From contig NW_018404851.1 in the NCBI RefSeq assembly GCF_002113885.1, positions 69,113 to 133,112 on the forward strand: a DNA stretch of 64,000 bases, read 5' to 3'. A program made the position numbers and the translations under genes. The notes under the pieces were generated by a model. That model made no database searches. It worked only from the letters and a program-made list of their open reading frames with translations, and was not told the DNA's origin. Shown here piece by piece: positions 13,855 through 28,766 of the stretch (its first letter is position 1; each line of letters opens with the position of its first letter). This DNA is from Mizuhopecten yessoensis. Taxonomy: Eukaryota.

Positions 13855-14385
13855 ACAGGAAAGGTCAATAGTCCTATTGTGTTAACATCGGTCTACTATG
13901 TCACAGGAAAGGTCAATATTCTTATTGTGTTAACCTCGGTCTACTATGTCACAGGAAAGGTCAATAGTCTTATTGTGTTAACATTGGTCTACTATGTCAC
14001 AGGAAAGGTCAATAGTCCTATTGTGTTAACATCGGTCTACTATGTCACAGGAAAGGTCATTAGTCTTATTGTGTTAACATCGGTCTACTATGTCACAGGA
14101 AAGGTCAATAATCTTATTGTGTTAACGTCGGTCTACTATGTCACACTAAAGATCAATAGTCTTATTGTGTTAACATCGATCTTCTATGTCACAGGAAAGG
14201 TCAATAGTCTTATTGTGTCAACATCGGTCTACTATGCCACAGGAAAGGTCAATAGTCTTATTGTGNCATTGGTTTAACATCGGTCTACTATGTCACAGTA
14301 AAGGTCAATAGTCTTATTGTGTTAACATCGGTCTACTATGCCACAGGAAAGGTCAATAGTCTTATTGTGTTAACATCGTTCTACT
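13855..14385. repeat. 48-bp minisatellite (ACAGGAAAGGTCAATAGTCTTATTGTGTTAACATCGGTCTACTATGTC)n, ~11 copies
   Basis: 48-bp period. It generates the spurious 16-aa-repeat ORF 13879-14277. Confidence 0.96.
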
Positions 14386-17300
14386 AATTCTGTACAAATG
14401 AAAAATGCTTCTTTGTAAATTCGTAGTCCAGTGTATTATGACTAAATAGAGAGTCAGTGTATTATGACTAAATAGAGAGTCGAATACCAGAAAATGTTCT
14501 CCGTCTGCCGAAGGTCAAGGCCAAAATCGAGGTCATATATCAGTTTCTTTTAATGCTTTTAATTCCATCGTGCAAAATTGAAATACAAAGTTGTAATTCT
14601 GTATCAAAAAGATTCGGTGTTTGTTTGAAATACTATTTAATGAAATTTTCAGAATGGCGAAGTTGTCAAAATGCCGACATAAGTGAGACATCCTGTTAAC
14701 ATAACTGATCTTTGTACGCCCTTGGTTGCTTCAATTCATAATACGGTCACCTGGTGATCCTGATGTACACTCATTTTATCGTCTTTTTCCACCTTTCGTA
14801 TAATTCCTTACAGAAATAGGCAAGAGAGAGAGGGGTTGGAGGTTCACTGAGGTATCTATGTGACCCCAAACTGACCCGATCGATAAATGATAGCCTTGCT
14901 CACCGAGGAGAGGTAACTCCCCCACATCAGCGAATGTGATTCTGTCCCAGGACCACGTAGACAGTTCATCACTTGATTAAGCTGTCATCAAATAGTCTCT
15001 GCAATAGGTCACTAGTTAAAAGGTTGACAAAGGTATCAGTCAATACATAAACGTAGCATCAGTAGGTATACTACAAATGTATATGTATTACGTGTTGATA
15101 ACCTCGTCAAAATGCTAAAACATAATTCATGTTCTGTGTGTGTTGTATACATTGTATATACATGTGTATTCACTTAATCTTCTGTATGTGTTTGTGTGCT
15201 TAATCGTGCTCGTATCAGTGCTGACTTTTAGTGTGTGTTAGTGTACAATATTTATTTACGGTACAATGTTGTACATGTTTTAGTAAAAAAAACATAAATC
15301 TTTTATATTGACTTGGCTTTCAGTCTTTTATTTCTGATGTATTTAATGTTGTTGTTTTATTGAGTTTATCACACTACATGTATACTGCAATATTATTTAT
15401 CTTATCTTATCAAATCTTATATTATTACATATACTTAATCGTCTGTGTGTGTTTGTGTGTAAAATTATACACGCATCAGTGCTGATTTTCTAGGTGTTTG
15501 TACAAAATGTATACGCTATGATATATTAATTTCATGTGTATATAAATTTAATCTTCTGTGTGTGTTTTTGTATACATTATTATATATACATGTGTATAAA
15601 CATTCTGTATGTGTGTATAGTTATATGAGTACTGATTTTCTGTGAGTGTCTCTATGCAGTGTGTATATCCTTATTGTTATGATTTTGTTTGTGTGTATTT
15701 GCTGTGTTTGCAGTACATTGCTATTGATCATAACCTTTTATGCGTTTCGCCAAATGGACGCTTATGATATGGAAGTCTGACCTTTCTACTGGACTACAAA
15801 GGCCAGACACACTTACGGAACTAGGTCAAATATTAGAGTGTGTTTTTACTAACATGTCGACCCAATGTGTACACAACAGTATCGAAGTATTAAACAGTGG
15901 CTAACTTAAGCTTTCACGGAGGTTTTATTTTAGTTGTATTCCGTAGTCTATTTGGTGACCTATAGTACTTGTAAACATTCAAATAACGAGGACAGTATGT
16001 TTTATGTATGAGACACAAAAACATTCAGGTACAACACACAAAAACGTCAACGTTTTGGATGGAAGCAACGACCTACAATATCAATAACTTATCAGAACGG
16101 CAACTACGTTGCAATGAAGCTAACTACAAGCGTGAGCGTTGATCGTATGGACAATTGTGTACCAAAACGGCAAACTCACGAACAGACTCTATACCAAAAG
16201 TCGATAGAAACGACAGCATTTGAAACAAAGAAACATCTGAATAAAGAATAAAAATACCGGAAAGATCCATGGTAATATATTTATATAAAAACATACATAA
16301 AATTGATATGATGCGTTTTTGTAAATTTACAGAATTATAATAACTTTTAAATTACCGTACGTTAATTGATTGTGAGGGTCTCCTAGCAATGCTTTTAATA
16401 CAGTGTCAACGATATTGAATACACTATTTTTATCTGTGTTTGGTTAAATGCAACAATTGCTTTTTCATTCTCTAACACCATCATCAATAAGCAATACATG
16501 TTTTATCATTATTCATTCGTTGACGTGCCGTTCGTTTATCCTGAATGGAAATACCTGGGTTTTGTATCTGTGTGTATGCTAATTTGTTTTAAATAATCAT
16601 AACACTTATCAACATGTCTTATTTCATCAGTTAGCGATACTACCTATTTTCTCGAGCCACGTCTCGAATTGCGATGTCGGCGTACAGTTGTAAATAAGGT
16701 CCAATCTGACCGCGCCCTTACGTTAATGTCGTATTATTCCTATCTGAAAGATGTATGATGCGGTCGCGATCTCTTACTTAATTACCTAAATTATGATATA
16801 AAATGAAAGATGGAACATTTATTTGTATCCAAACCAGCAGGTTACATAATTTTGCTAGAAGAAATATGGTCATGTAGTTCAACAGCCTATTTACATGAGC
16901 CTTTCGAAGGCAAATAATCAACAACGTTTGTTAATCAGATCGTCCAGAGATGTAAAAGAGGTATGTTAGTCTTTTAATAATGATCCATGGTCCATTTTCT
17001 GTTCATTTATTAACATGTTAACGACAATATCTGTGCTGCTATTTCTCGAGACCACATAAGTTCTACTATCTAATTTAAGGTAATATGACTGTTAATAAGT
17101 GACCTCTTCTGACGAAAAAAATATCCTCCATCTTTATGCAGCGCCCAGTTTTGGAATTAAATATGACGTCGTTATTGCAATATATGTAATAAAACAACAA
17201 ATACATGATAGACATTAAACACATACAAAGATATGACGTCATGATAAAACAACACAACATATAAAGATATGATGTGTATGGAATCTGTAGTCATTGTAAC

Positions 17301-20300
17301 ATCGTAAACTAAGCTTTCTGTCAATGGACTCGTTCAAACAGCACGTGGTTAATAAAGAGCAGTAAATCTGGATTCTCGTCACAGTAACAAAATACCAGCC
17401 TGTTAAATTTTTATCTTTGTTACTCGATGGAATTGCAAATGCAACAATTTAAGTTATACCGAATAAATTTGTGGGGTGCCATCCGCATTAAACCACTGAT
17501 ACAGAAATGGCGACTTTTATTAGTATGCACCTACAACTGTTTGTTTCTAGCAGCAAGTGTATCAACAGGTTTGTTCCGGTCTAATGCATTTTAAAAATAC
17601 AGCAATTATCAAGAGCGGCGGCATGGGTCCAACTTCTTTCTATATTTAGAAGACATGACAAATGATGAGGTCTTAAAATATGTTATTTTGTGCCAAATGT
17701 ATAATGTCGACAAACATTTTTCAGGCATGATACATATGTTGCACTGGTTTTTCTTTTCATAGCATGTGTGTTTGTGAATAACGTGTAATTATATTGTATA
17801 TGTTTGTATGTTTAGATGGTCACCCAATGGTGATAGTATTCCGTGAGCTTTACAATGACAGCAGGAATCTCTGTCCGCCGGTCTGTGTAATGATACATTA
17901 CAAACCCCGTTTGATTGATATTCATAAATACTGCTGTTATCTGAGTAGATATCTAATAGTATTTCCTTATTACTACTGAAAGAACATTTCTGATGTTATA
18001 AGTAGGCGTGACATTTTGTTCTTATGGACAAAAAATACTGCTGTTTGTTAAGCAGATGTTACGCTAGATCAGACTCGACCTAGAAGGTAAGGGGACTGTA
18101 TGTCAAACTTGGTATAATAGGTAATTCACAAGTCTTCGTCGGATCTTAGAGTTTACTGCCAAGTTCTGGAAAAATGCGATCTCGATGAAGGCAGACGAAG
18201 ACCTGTCGTTAAGCCGCTGACATTACCTAACAGTGTGTGTGTCTAGTCGGACAAGACAGATGATAGCTCCAAACACAGCACACATCGCTAACTTCGATAA
18301 CGATTGTAGTTTTACATGTACTTTTGAAAACGATTTCTTCCTCAACAAATGTTTTCTTGAGAGTGTACCAATATTGTAGGGGCAAACAATACGTGTTATA
18401 TAAATCAGTCAACAGATATGTATAAAACACGAACACGATTTTAAACACATACTTTTCTCTTTGATGAATAAATGTGCATGTATTATCACTGGCAACAAAT
18501 GTGTAAAACATATATCGAATAATTGAATTTTCATTTTGCAAAACGTGTAGCAAACATCATGGTTATGGCTTACATTGTATTAACAACAATCGCTAGAAAT
18601 ACGGTAAAAAGATGTACCTATATGAATAATTTGTTAGTAGATTCAGAAAGCCTAGCAAAGTTAACAGCTTACTGCACCACGTGGTCATTTCGTCCACTCA
18701 GGAAGAATGCAAATGTGTCATGTTGAATGACTTATACATGTAATATATTCTACAGAGTACCACAGAAGAGAACAGCAGGCTGTGAAAACAACTTGACTAT
18801 AGATATGATACATTGGTTGAAGCTTACCTATTGTTATTTATGATACAAGCCCAGTCACATAAGAGGAATTCTACTCAGTAATGTGTGTTAATGTCCAGAC
18901 AAGGGACAAACTGTTGTTACGTTAGTCTTCCGGTCCTGTCTCATTTCGACCCCTTTTAACCCGCCAGTAATTAATAATAACGAAAGTAGGCTATATCATA
19001 CTTGTTATTCTAAAGTCATTTCCTTTTTAGAACAAGGTCAACTTAACCGACAGCAGTTTTAACTCTGTATGCATACGACACATTGGTGACATGCTCGATA
19101 TCTATCCCGATTAACAGTCTTTGCTTTGTTGACACAATCATATAGAAATACAAAGACATTATGTTGAAGTATGCTGACAATGTAATTTAAGGAGTATATA
19201 ATACGCCCAATTGCAATGAAAGCTGTTGACTTAAATTAAAGATTTGGTTTCATAAATACGTTTTATTGTTTTACAAATATGTTTTTACCTCTGTAATGCA
19301 ATATGATAATGACTATTATTGTATTTTGCGATACAAAGAAATTTGAATTTTTACTTTTTTAGCGAGCCTGTATGTCTACAGAATTCGGAAATGATTTATG
19401 TTGATGTATCCAGGCCCGATACAAAAGTGTGTTACGTCGTATGTAACATATCAGAGGATGTGAAAAGTATTCATAATTTGGTTTAAACATGTTTGGCATG
19501 GTGATTTGATAATGAGCACGACCTTAAACTTAACGCATTGTTTCATATTTATTCCAACCACGTATAAATGGCGACATCGCAGCAATAGAGTGTTTCGTGT
19601 AAAAACGTGAAACTGCGATTCCCTGTCCCACATGTTCATAACAACAGGTGAGTGTTACTCTCACACTCCTCTTTATTTACAGAAACATTGCATAAGACCA
19701 ATGCATAACCAGTATACAGAGTATAGATACTAATCCTTGCATACATTGTGCCTTTCCATAAGTTCCAGGTAATGCTATTTTCTAACACCAGGGCACACAA
19801 TACAAAACTGTCAAGGGTAGTAAAAGGATGGAAGAAGTTTATATTTTACATCTGATCGAAAATAACATGACGTTATGAACTCGGGAACTTTCCGAGGAAA
19901 TTGCGACACCTTTTGTGTGGTTCCTGGGCAAATATTGGTGACTGGAATGAGAGAACAAAAACTGTTTTCATGTAACAAAGGGTTAGGATAAGAAAATTAC
20001 AACACCCGCCTTTTACCCAATTTGAAAACTCCCTTTGTAAAAATTCCCTATCCTTCATCCCCAAGCATGAAGGAGTCATCTAGTCATATAGCATGCGCAT
20101 CAGTCAAGGGTCAACATTTAAGCGTGACGTGAAAGCTCACCGATATCATTAGAAACAGAAGTCAAGAGTCACATGGACGTGTAGGATACATGTATGTCTA
20201 TATGCATTGCTGTCATAAAACAAATGTAGTTCTTCTAAATGCTAAGGGATATTATAATTAATTGTTTTCTATCCCTTTCCGTAAACAGTATCGGTTTTCT

Positions 20301-23029
20301 TGATACACAGATACACAGATTTATCTGACTGTAGGAAATTGTACAATTTCCTCTGCTGCCAGCTCAACTATAAAAGTTACAATAGTACATAAAGTTGGTT
20401 AAACATATTAATAACATGATTTCTGATTATTTTTGCGAGTCCATTACAGATAGCTGCACAGTTCCATAGAGAACAGATGTTCAATGATAAGTAATTATAT
20501 TACAATAACATTGTGAATTGAATGAGTGTGGTTCAAAAATAAAAATGTTGGTTCGTATATGGATGTCTCTACGTTGTTGTAATATTTATTTCTCCTTAAC
20601 ATTTAGGAAACAATCAATGACAAGTGATTTGAGGTAGACACTGAGGAAAACGTATAGTGAGCTCAATACGAGGATATCCGTAACCTATCAGAAATATATG
20701 TCATCAATACTAACTACAACAGACGATTATTATTGTGTGTCATGCTTCATCTGATAGAAGGTATCATGTGTATTTTGGTGCCGACACGAGAACACAAAAC
20801 CTATTAAACGGAATTTTGTAGAGGACAATAGGTACATTTACATTAGGCAAGTATTAAAGCACTAATATCCGGCTATAGCCTGTCGCCGCCAACCAATTTA
20901 TAACTTAACACGAAATAACGCATTCTCTCTCCCAACATAAATTATAAACCATGAGCCTAAATTAATTTTCAGATGTTTTATTTTAAATCCGTGTCAAAAA
21001 GACACAGACACACACGATGGCATTTCCAACATGGTAAATTATGAAAAACATTTGTTTGTGGAATTTATGAAGAAAACATAACCAAAAAAAGGGTTAACAA
21101 ACGAATCATTCAAATCAGGGCACACACAAAGGTACTAGAAAAATAAGTCCATATGTACTTCTACTGCTAAAAGAATAGACATATATGTGTATTCATATTG
21201 AGTTCAAAAGGAAAATACAGTACATGTCCGCGATGATGAATTTATTGAATAGTAGTAGATTCATAAACTAGATAACTACAATTTTGAACAATCGAGAATA
21301 AATATTTGTTTTTAATTAAGCAAGCTTTGTTGCCAAGTAATCAATTGAAGGTCCTGTCCTTGTTTAGATATGTCTGACTGCATTGCAAACTATTTGTTGA
21401 TCTCTTGCACCACTTTCCTGTCGACATACATCCTATAGTGAACCGCAGGCAGTCTTCGATGGTGAAGAACATCTTTGACAACATTGATGACGTGACCCTA
21501 GTTACGCTGTATAAAGAAATGACGCGATGTCAATTTTATTTCTAAACAATAGCGCGTGTTTGCTGTCTTCCCGAGGTTTGTCTCTCCATGGCAAAACGAG
21601 AATACACCTGTAAAATGTTGGAGAATCGCTATTCCGGAAGCATTTCTAGTTTTCAGAATTGTTTGGAAACGTGAGTCTTGCTGAGCACTTAATTGAATGC
21701 GCCTTCCATGAGCAAGTACCTGATTTCTATGTCCGATATCCTTATCGAACTTCCTAAAGATCATCATGCCAACCAATGGTGTAGATTTATAAGAACACAT
21801 TATCATGTTCTTCATTCCTTGATGTTTTGGGTTTTTGATGTCTTACCTTTATGTTTTTATGAATCGCGCGCTGGTTCTGTCTACTTATGTTACCATAAAA
21901 CGGCACATACTCATTAACAGCAATAAGGACTTATCTAAACCCGTTTGTGCCATACAACAAGCAAGTGTCGGGTAAATAGCAATAGTCTACGATGATGTAA
22001 TGTATTCGTTCTCTAAAACCAATGCATGACAGGTAATGTTAAGTGTTTTAATAAATTTGTCAAATTCTATTACTGTTGTGAAATGATTACTGATGCATCT
22101 TACCTAAGTGTTTAACTTGATAAATAGCCTAGCCATGATTGCACATTTGTTTTATAACTTCATGTGATTCATCTAAATATAAGTACATACTTACATATAA
22201 TATCATCTTGCATTTGCAATCTCGTTCTTAGTAAACCAAAACTGAAACATAACCTTAATAGTAAAATTGACAGCAAACCTGCAAAATTGATATTTCCGTT
22301 TTGAATGACAGATGTATGGATGATTGGTTGAATATTGATGTACGACAGAGGCCAGGGGTCGCGTATCCGTCGATTCATCATTGTGTATTAGAATAGGATA
22401 GAAACATTACTGTCTAGAAACTTAATAATTAGTGATTTATGGTGGTAAATGTGGCATATATATGTCAGATCAGAACAAGGTAAATGCATCATACGATACA
22501 TTCTGACATGTAGTTAAGTGACAAAGGTGATAGATCTTTTTGGGAAAAAATCGTTATATTAAAATATAGGTATACTTTCATCAACGTTCTGTCGATTGAG
22601 AATGCATGATTGATTTGTCCAATCATCCCAGGTAACGGACAATATGAAAAGTTACAATAGTACCGATACATGGCTTTACAACATGTATGATAGAGTTACA
22701 AATATATGTTCATCCGTTAATGACATATCGTCTAAATAGGACTGAATAAAAAAAAACTGACTTGACGAAAATGTATTTGCTCATGTAAAAAAAGTAATAA
22801 AAGATGAATGTCGTTTCGTAAATAAATGTCAGTGTTACAATGTATACAGGTATCCGTCCCATTTTCATTACTTAATATGACCTATTACTTAAGAAGACAT
22901 CCAATAAAACATTAGTAATCTCAGGATTTTTGTTTGTTTTAATGGCAGCAAATATAAGCAGGAAATGTTTGAAAGTAGAATATTATCAGAATATAAATCA
23001 TATTTTAGAAGACATTTCCCAATATCTTG

Positions 23030-23254
23030 GTATATATTATACGGGGATATTTTCGCCAAGTCAAACTTTCGCCCTTAGACGGCGAATGTATTTTCGCCCA
23101 GTATTAAATTCACCATTCACACTTAATTACTACGCTGTACGTATATTGCGTTTTCTTTTTTACACACGTTTGCCGTAATGATACATTCGCCCTCATTGCG
23201 GAGAGTGAAAAGGGGGACATTTATATTGTAGCGAGTGTTTCCAGGTATACAGTA
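23030..23254. mobile_element. Degenerate MITE with TACTG/CAGTA-type ends (Tc1/mariner-like)
   Basis: Repeated TTTTCGCC/ATTCGCCC subterminal motifs; ends ..TTTCCAGGTATACAGTA. Homologous to 12230-12422. Confidence 0.5.
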
Positions 23255-26200
23255 TGTATGAATGACGATTCTATTTTTAAGGTCAAATGAGGATTAGAAA
23301 AGCAATGACAACGAATTTGAGCAAATGAACAAACGAAAAAGAAACGGCATATTTATTCCTATATTGTCTTGTATAATACTTCATATGCACTATGATATTG
23401 CTTAATTTTATTGAATTATTGTCGTTCTTAAACCTATATAATTTGTATACCTCAGCATCCATTACGGTACTACTCAGTGTATGAATGTCTATAACGAAGG
23501 GTCAGAAAGTCAAAGGGTACGAACGGACGTGTTCCATAATTCATGATTTAATTGGAGATAATCTGGGTGCAAACCGACAATTTCAGTTGATGCAATCAAT
23601 TGGCATACATATAAGCAGTAGGTGTATCTATAACATATTGATCAAATGTAATTGTGATAAGATGTCTTGAAAATGTAGAATATAAAAGCTATCACGAAAT
23701 GTTCTCTCAATGTTTATAACGTTTTTGTTGTCTCCTTACGATTTGTACTGATGATTTGAGATACAGTTTAGTGACTATAACTTCATTATCTCTTGCCTGA
23801 AGCACTGGGGGAAAATGCTCAATACACGTAGTCATTGTATTAGTATGGTGTTTATTGCCTTATATTTATTATTGTACTACTAGTAATTATAGGTAGGATA
23901 AAGGGATAATTACAGTATTGGAAAGATCACTTTGTATTGTGACCTCATACAAATAACATGTGACTTTGACATCTCGCCAGTGCGGCTTATGTATACACAA
24001 CAAATTCAATAACATTGATAGAACATTCGATGTATATAGCAAAACAGATAATTCAAACCTGGACAGCAATAATGATTAAAAAAATAGACTATTCAGTATA
24101 GATAATGAACATACAAGTCAACGATTTAAGTTGATATATAAAAAATTAAAATGTGGTTGAAGAAATCAATGGTTTCTCGTTTAATACATGATAAACAGAC
24201 ACCTCATCTTTTCTCTCCGAGTTCTACAGAGGCATTGTATCGTGATTAATGGTAACGTAATGAACATTCTATTCGTTTTTACGGTTTTTAGGGCAAAACA
24301 GATTCACAGGTATAATCAGAGGTTTGCAATTAGCAAATAATTCCTTATTTTTGTTGTTATTAATAAAAACAGGCATACCAATGATATCTCGTCGGTACAT
24401 TTGTATAATAAGTAAAAAATGCATTGGTTTCTCATTTATTTATTGTAAACAGAAACTTAATTGGTTTCTTCTTGATAATTTTTTTCAACGTTGTATTTCT
24501 AAATGTTATAATTTCTTTTCTGTTACTAATACTTGAAAAACAAATTGGAAATATCTGCTATAATTTTGAAAATAATGTTAACGGATGTATACCTTAACCA
24601 TTTACCATCTTCAAAAGAATCTAATTATATATCTCTTGCCTACTTAACACAATACTTGACTGAACATATGGTCTGCCTTCAGTTGTAGATATAAATTGGC
24701 TATATCTGGAATATACTGATTTATAGATCAACCAAGTGAGTTATTTGTAAAAGCTAGATGTATAATCTATATTTAAGAGTGCGAATTAGTCTTACTTAAC
24801 GACGTGTTTACATATAATGAACACATTGTAGCCTGTATCACAATACCAACCTTTGACCTACATATGTACGTCTATGGACTGACCGAACATAAAACTACCC
24901 ACACTGACATAACAAGGAATGTGACCTTGACGTAGTGTCTATGTGACGGCGATCAATAAACACACCATTACATAAGGTCATTACGTTTCTCATCGAAATG
25001 TATTGTCACTTGTTTTTTTACCTGACGTCTGTTCAAGCTCGCACTGCTAGTATATTAAATGTACTGTTACATATATACTGTTTCAGGTTCCAACAAGTGT
25101 TGGTTAACACAAGATATCCGGATGAAACTGTCCTGGAGATGGATCTACATCAGTTGTAAAACTTGTTTCCAAATCCAATTTTAACAATTGTGTATTGCTT
25201 TACATTATAATGTTAATGAACACACACAAAAAAAGAAGTTTATGTTAAACTGTGCTACAATCCCATCAAAATATTGTTGTCTAATACTCCGTGCTTTTAT
25301 TTCGCAAATTATCGCTGATCAACTGTCTCAATTTCAGGATTTATTTTTCGTATTTTCTACAACTGTTTTACTTGCAGTTTCATCATGGTATGCTTACCGT
25401 TAAACCATTTCTTTGTCGCCACATTACATCAATAGGGGTGATTGGCTATTAAATATAAGTAAACCTCCATTAGACTAATTTCAACAAAAGATCTAAGACG
25501 AATATCTATAGCATACCATTAAATATTATCTCCGTTATGGTGCGTTATTTCATATGACTAAAACTGATTATTAGAGTAAACTGAGTGATTTAGACAAGCG
25601 TATATGTGTATGACAGAAATACATACGAGAGTTGTTTTTATAAAGCTCGTTAATGCCCATGGTAGATTCGTGGTTAACTAACTTCCTCGCATTTTAGGAA
25701 TGTGACATTTCCTAGATTTAACATAAATTTACTTGTTAGTTGTCGTTGATAAAGACGTTTATCCCAACGGAATTCCTTGTACTTTTGTTAGTATATATAC
25801 AATGTACCTGCAAATCGTTCCCCTGTTTAGACTTTTTCATTTTTCATTTCAACAAATTTTATTTACAAAGTTGATACAAGTCAATTGGATTGAATAACAG
25901 GCAAAGCCTATATAAATTATCTCCATCGGTGGCTAAAGTAACGGATTCTGTTGTTTTGGATTTGATTTAATTGATACATCAATTTTGAAATGAAAACATT
26001 TCTTTTAAAGGGATGTAACGCCTTCTTAATTAACATAACTGATATACAAATACATTCACACTTTTCACATCACACACAAAACACTTCCACAGCTATTATT
26101 TTTTTATAACATTTCACAATGTACAAAATGTATATAAGGTATATAGGTATCAAATCACATGACTTTTTCAAAGCTTTGTAGATGTTGAACTCATAATACG

Positions 26201-26817
26201 TTTTGTCTCATACGGCATTCTCTATTTGTATTACTCCGTCTACCACTCATAAAATCAATCTTTCAACATTTTCCTTAAGATTTTACTTTGTTGATACATG
26301 TATTAAACGCATATTTCACCTAACAACCATAGATGCACATTTGGTTCAGCTTTCATACAATAACTATCAACCTTACATTGTTCATTTATCGATGAACTTC
26401 TCGATGAAACCCATGAAATAAAAAAACCATCGAGTGTTTCCCTCAGTAATGGCCAAACGGCAGTCCAATCGACAGGAGGCGTAGCTAGTACATATAGCCT
26501 TCGTCATTCATATATTTGTTCATATATTCGAGAATTCTTTGTTGAGTTTCTAATAAGATGTGGTGGATAGTACGAGATGTTAATAAATCAGCGGGTCAGA
26601 TTAAACGAGAAATTGCATGCGTCATCAGAAAAAATAAGTAATTATCTTGTCAAAAATATACAATTTATTTTACATACATTATGTGAAAGTGATACATGTT
26701 TTAGAAGGCTAGATATTTATCATGACTCTGACAATGCATTTTATTTCTAAATGGTGCTTTCTTTCTTTTTCAAGTAATAAGGCTTATTATATGCATATTT
26801 CCTCTTATGTTGTATCT

Positions 26818-27004
26818 TACGGAAGAAAACGTTAGGGCCATGTAAAAAAAATGAACTTCATTTTGTCGTGTTACCAGCTCGAAATGTCGAGATTAAGTCG
26901 ACTTTGTATGTTCAAAATTCGATTTATTTAGTCGAAATCGCGAGTTAGTACTACGCTAAAACGATACACATATTTATTCTACTTGACCCTGATGCTTATT
27001 CGAA
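26818..27004. mobile_element. Short degenerate MITE with internal CTCGAAAT/GTCGA repeats
   Basis: Imperfect inverted ends TACGGAAGAAAACGTTAGGGCCA..TGACCCTGATGCTTATTCG flank short internal repeats. Confidence 0.4.
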
Positions 27005-27724
27005 GTATTTCTGTAGGTGTCCTAATAGAAAAATCTCATACTTTGCATTAACTATTAACGTTGTTTAGTTTTCTGCACCGTCAAACTGAATTCCCTAATT
27101 GATGCTTTCTATTACTTCATATTGCTTGATTTTCTTATCTCATAGGTGGCGACTTTTCCATGAAATAGCATTTTCAAAATTTTCTAGAAAAGACTTTAAT
27201 TCATTATAGCAATAGTTGAGATTTCGTAAGGTCAGAAGGATACCTAAGACACACTCCCTTCCTGCTGCATTTATAAATATATTTCCGGACAAATTAGTAA
27301 TTCTTTAAGTTCTATGTTTCTGACCTCTAATCCCGCCGATAATTCCCAAACGGCCATAAAGCAAGTGTTTCCTTAATTTGTACGATTTGTTTAACATATG
27401 TTTTCTCACACCTTGTATACTTAGTCTCTAGTTTGTGTCTGTGGTACAACCTCAATCCCTATGATTAAATATTTATTGTTATAATTTTAGTTGGATACGA
27501 ATCTTGAAATACACACCCATCCGGATATTTACACATTTATCGCTTTCTGTAACAATTTCCTTTACCATTTACGTACTGTTCTGGTATTGCTTGAAGTAAA
27601 CAATACTATAATGTAGAATTCTAACGTGTTTTCGTTTATTCTTGTTGCTGTTGTTGCACGGTTATAAATGTTTATATAACCGTAAACTGATATAGCTCGA
27701 TATCCTTTTACGTGAATTTACATG

Positions 27725-27831
27725 TAGTTTCATAATTTCTTGTTTCCACAACCGTATTTCATTCTAAAGTGTAAACACTGTATACATTTTAGAATAAAAT
27801 ACGGTTGTGGAAATAAAAAAATATGAAACTA
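27725..27831. repeat. ~107-bp near-perfect palindrome (53-bp arms, ~6 mismatches, 1-nt centre)
   Basis: TAGTTTCATAATTTCTTGTTTCCACAACCGTATTTCATTCTAAAGTGTAAACA pairs with TGTATACATTTTAGAATAAAATACGGTTGTGGAAATAAAAAAATATGAAACTA. Confidence 0.9.
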
Positions 27832-28217
27832 ACATATTCAATATCATTTTATAATTATTGACATTAAATGTTGAAAGACACATGACATAATTTCATCTTA
27901 TAATGTCACCACTTCATAGAATTAAATCTTACTTCTCTTAAATGTGATTAAATTAATCGTTTTACCTTTAACATCAGTTTGATTTACATGTATTTTCGAT
28001 TAATTTATGTATTTAAAGTTTTTTGTTTGGTTTTACTTGCAGCCTTTATTTAAGTTAAATTATACCATTGTCTTACATATTTGGTTGAATATACAGTACT
28101 GTATCATATTGTCTGATTGTTCCACTTCAAAACGTCATTCTTGTTTACTGCTCTAGTCTTTATCTGTTCTTCCTCTTTTGGTGATCTGATTTCAAGCGAT
28201 TAACATCACATCTATGG

Positions 28218-28457
28218 TTGGGTGGCCCAGTGGATAGCGCATTTGCGTTTTACCAAGGCGGTCAGGGTTCGACATGCCGATTGAACCTATAAAAAGTTAC
28301 ATCTAACGGGTCACCTTCCCCGTCACGTGGGTTTTCTCCAAGTACTCCGGTTTCCTTTCACATGAAATCCCACGTGCTAACATTTGGTCCAATAAGAGTG
28401 ATTGATATTAGTTGTAAAGCCTTGTTTCATGAATGTTGTAAACTAAATTAAGTTTAT
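28218..28457 (+). mobile_element. tRNA-derived V-domain SINE, diverged copy
   Basis: Head GGTGGCCCAGTGGATAGCGC..GGGTTCGAC, core CGTGGGTTTTCTCCAAGTACTCCGGTTTCC, tail GCTAACAT..CCAATAAGAGTGATT..CTTGTTTCAT. All are shared with the 6305-6666 copy. Confidence 0.8.
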
Positions 28458-28766
28458 AATATATTAACATCACCACTACTGTTTTTTGTCTGGTTGTAAT
28501 AATATAAAGACCTGTTTAATGTTGTATACGGTGCTGCCGTCCTCTTTCCCGGCTACTGCTTTGTATCGTTTGCTTCCCTCTCAATATATAAGCTTTGACT
28601 TTTTATACCCTCCCCTACCCTCCTATGCTTTCTTGGGGGTCCTGCTCTGTTTTCGTCAACCCTGCTAATGACAACGTTCTGTTTAAATTATTTAGTTTTT
28701 ATTTGTATGAACTCTTTCAATAAATGGTCCCTTATGGCTGGATATTTGAGGTTTGCAACGTCATAT

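Noticed and set aside
13879-14277. 132-aa repetitive ORF
   Set aside because: Translation of the 48-bp minisatellite.
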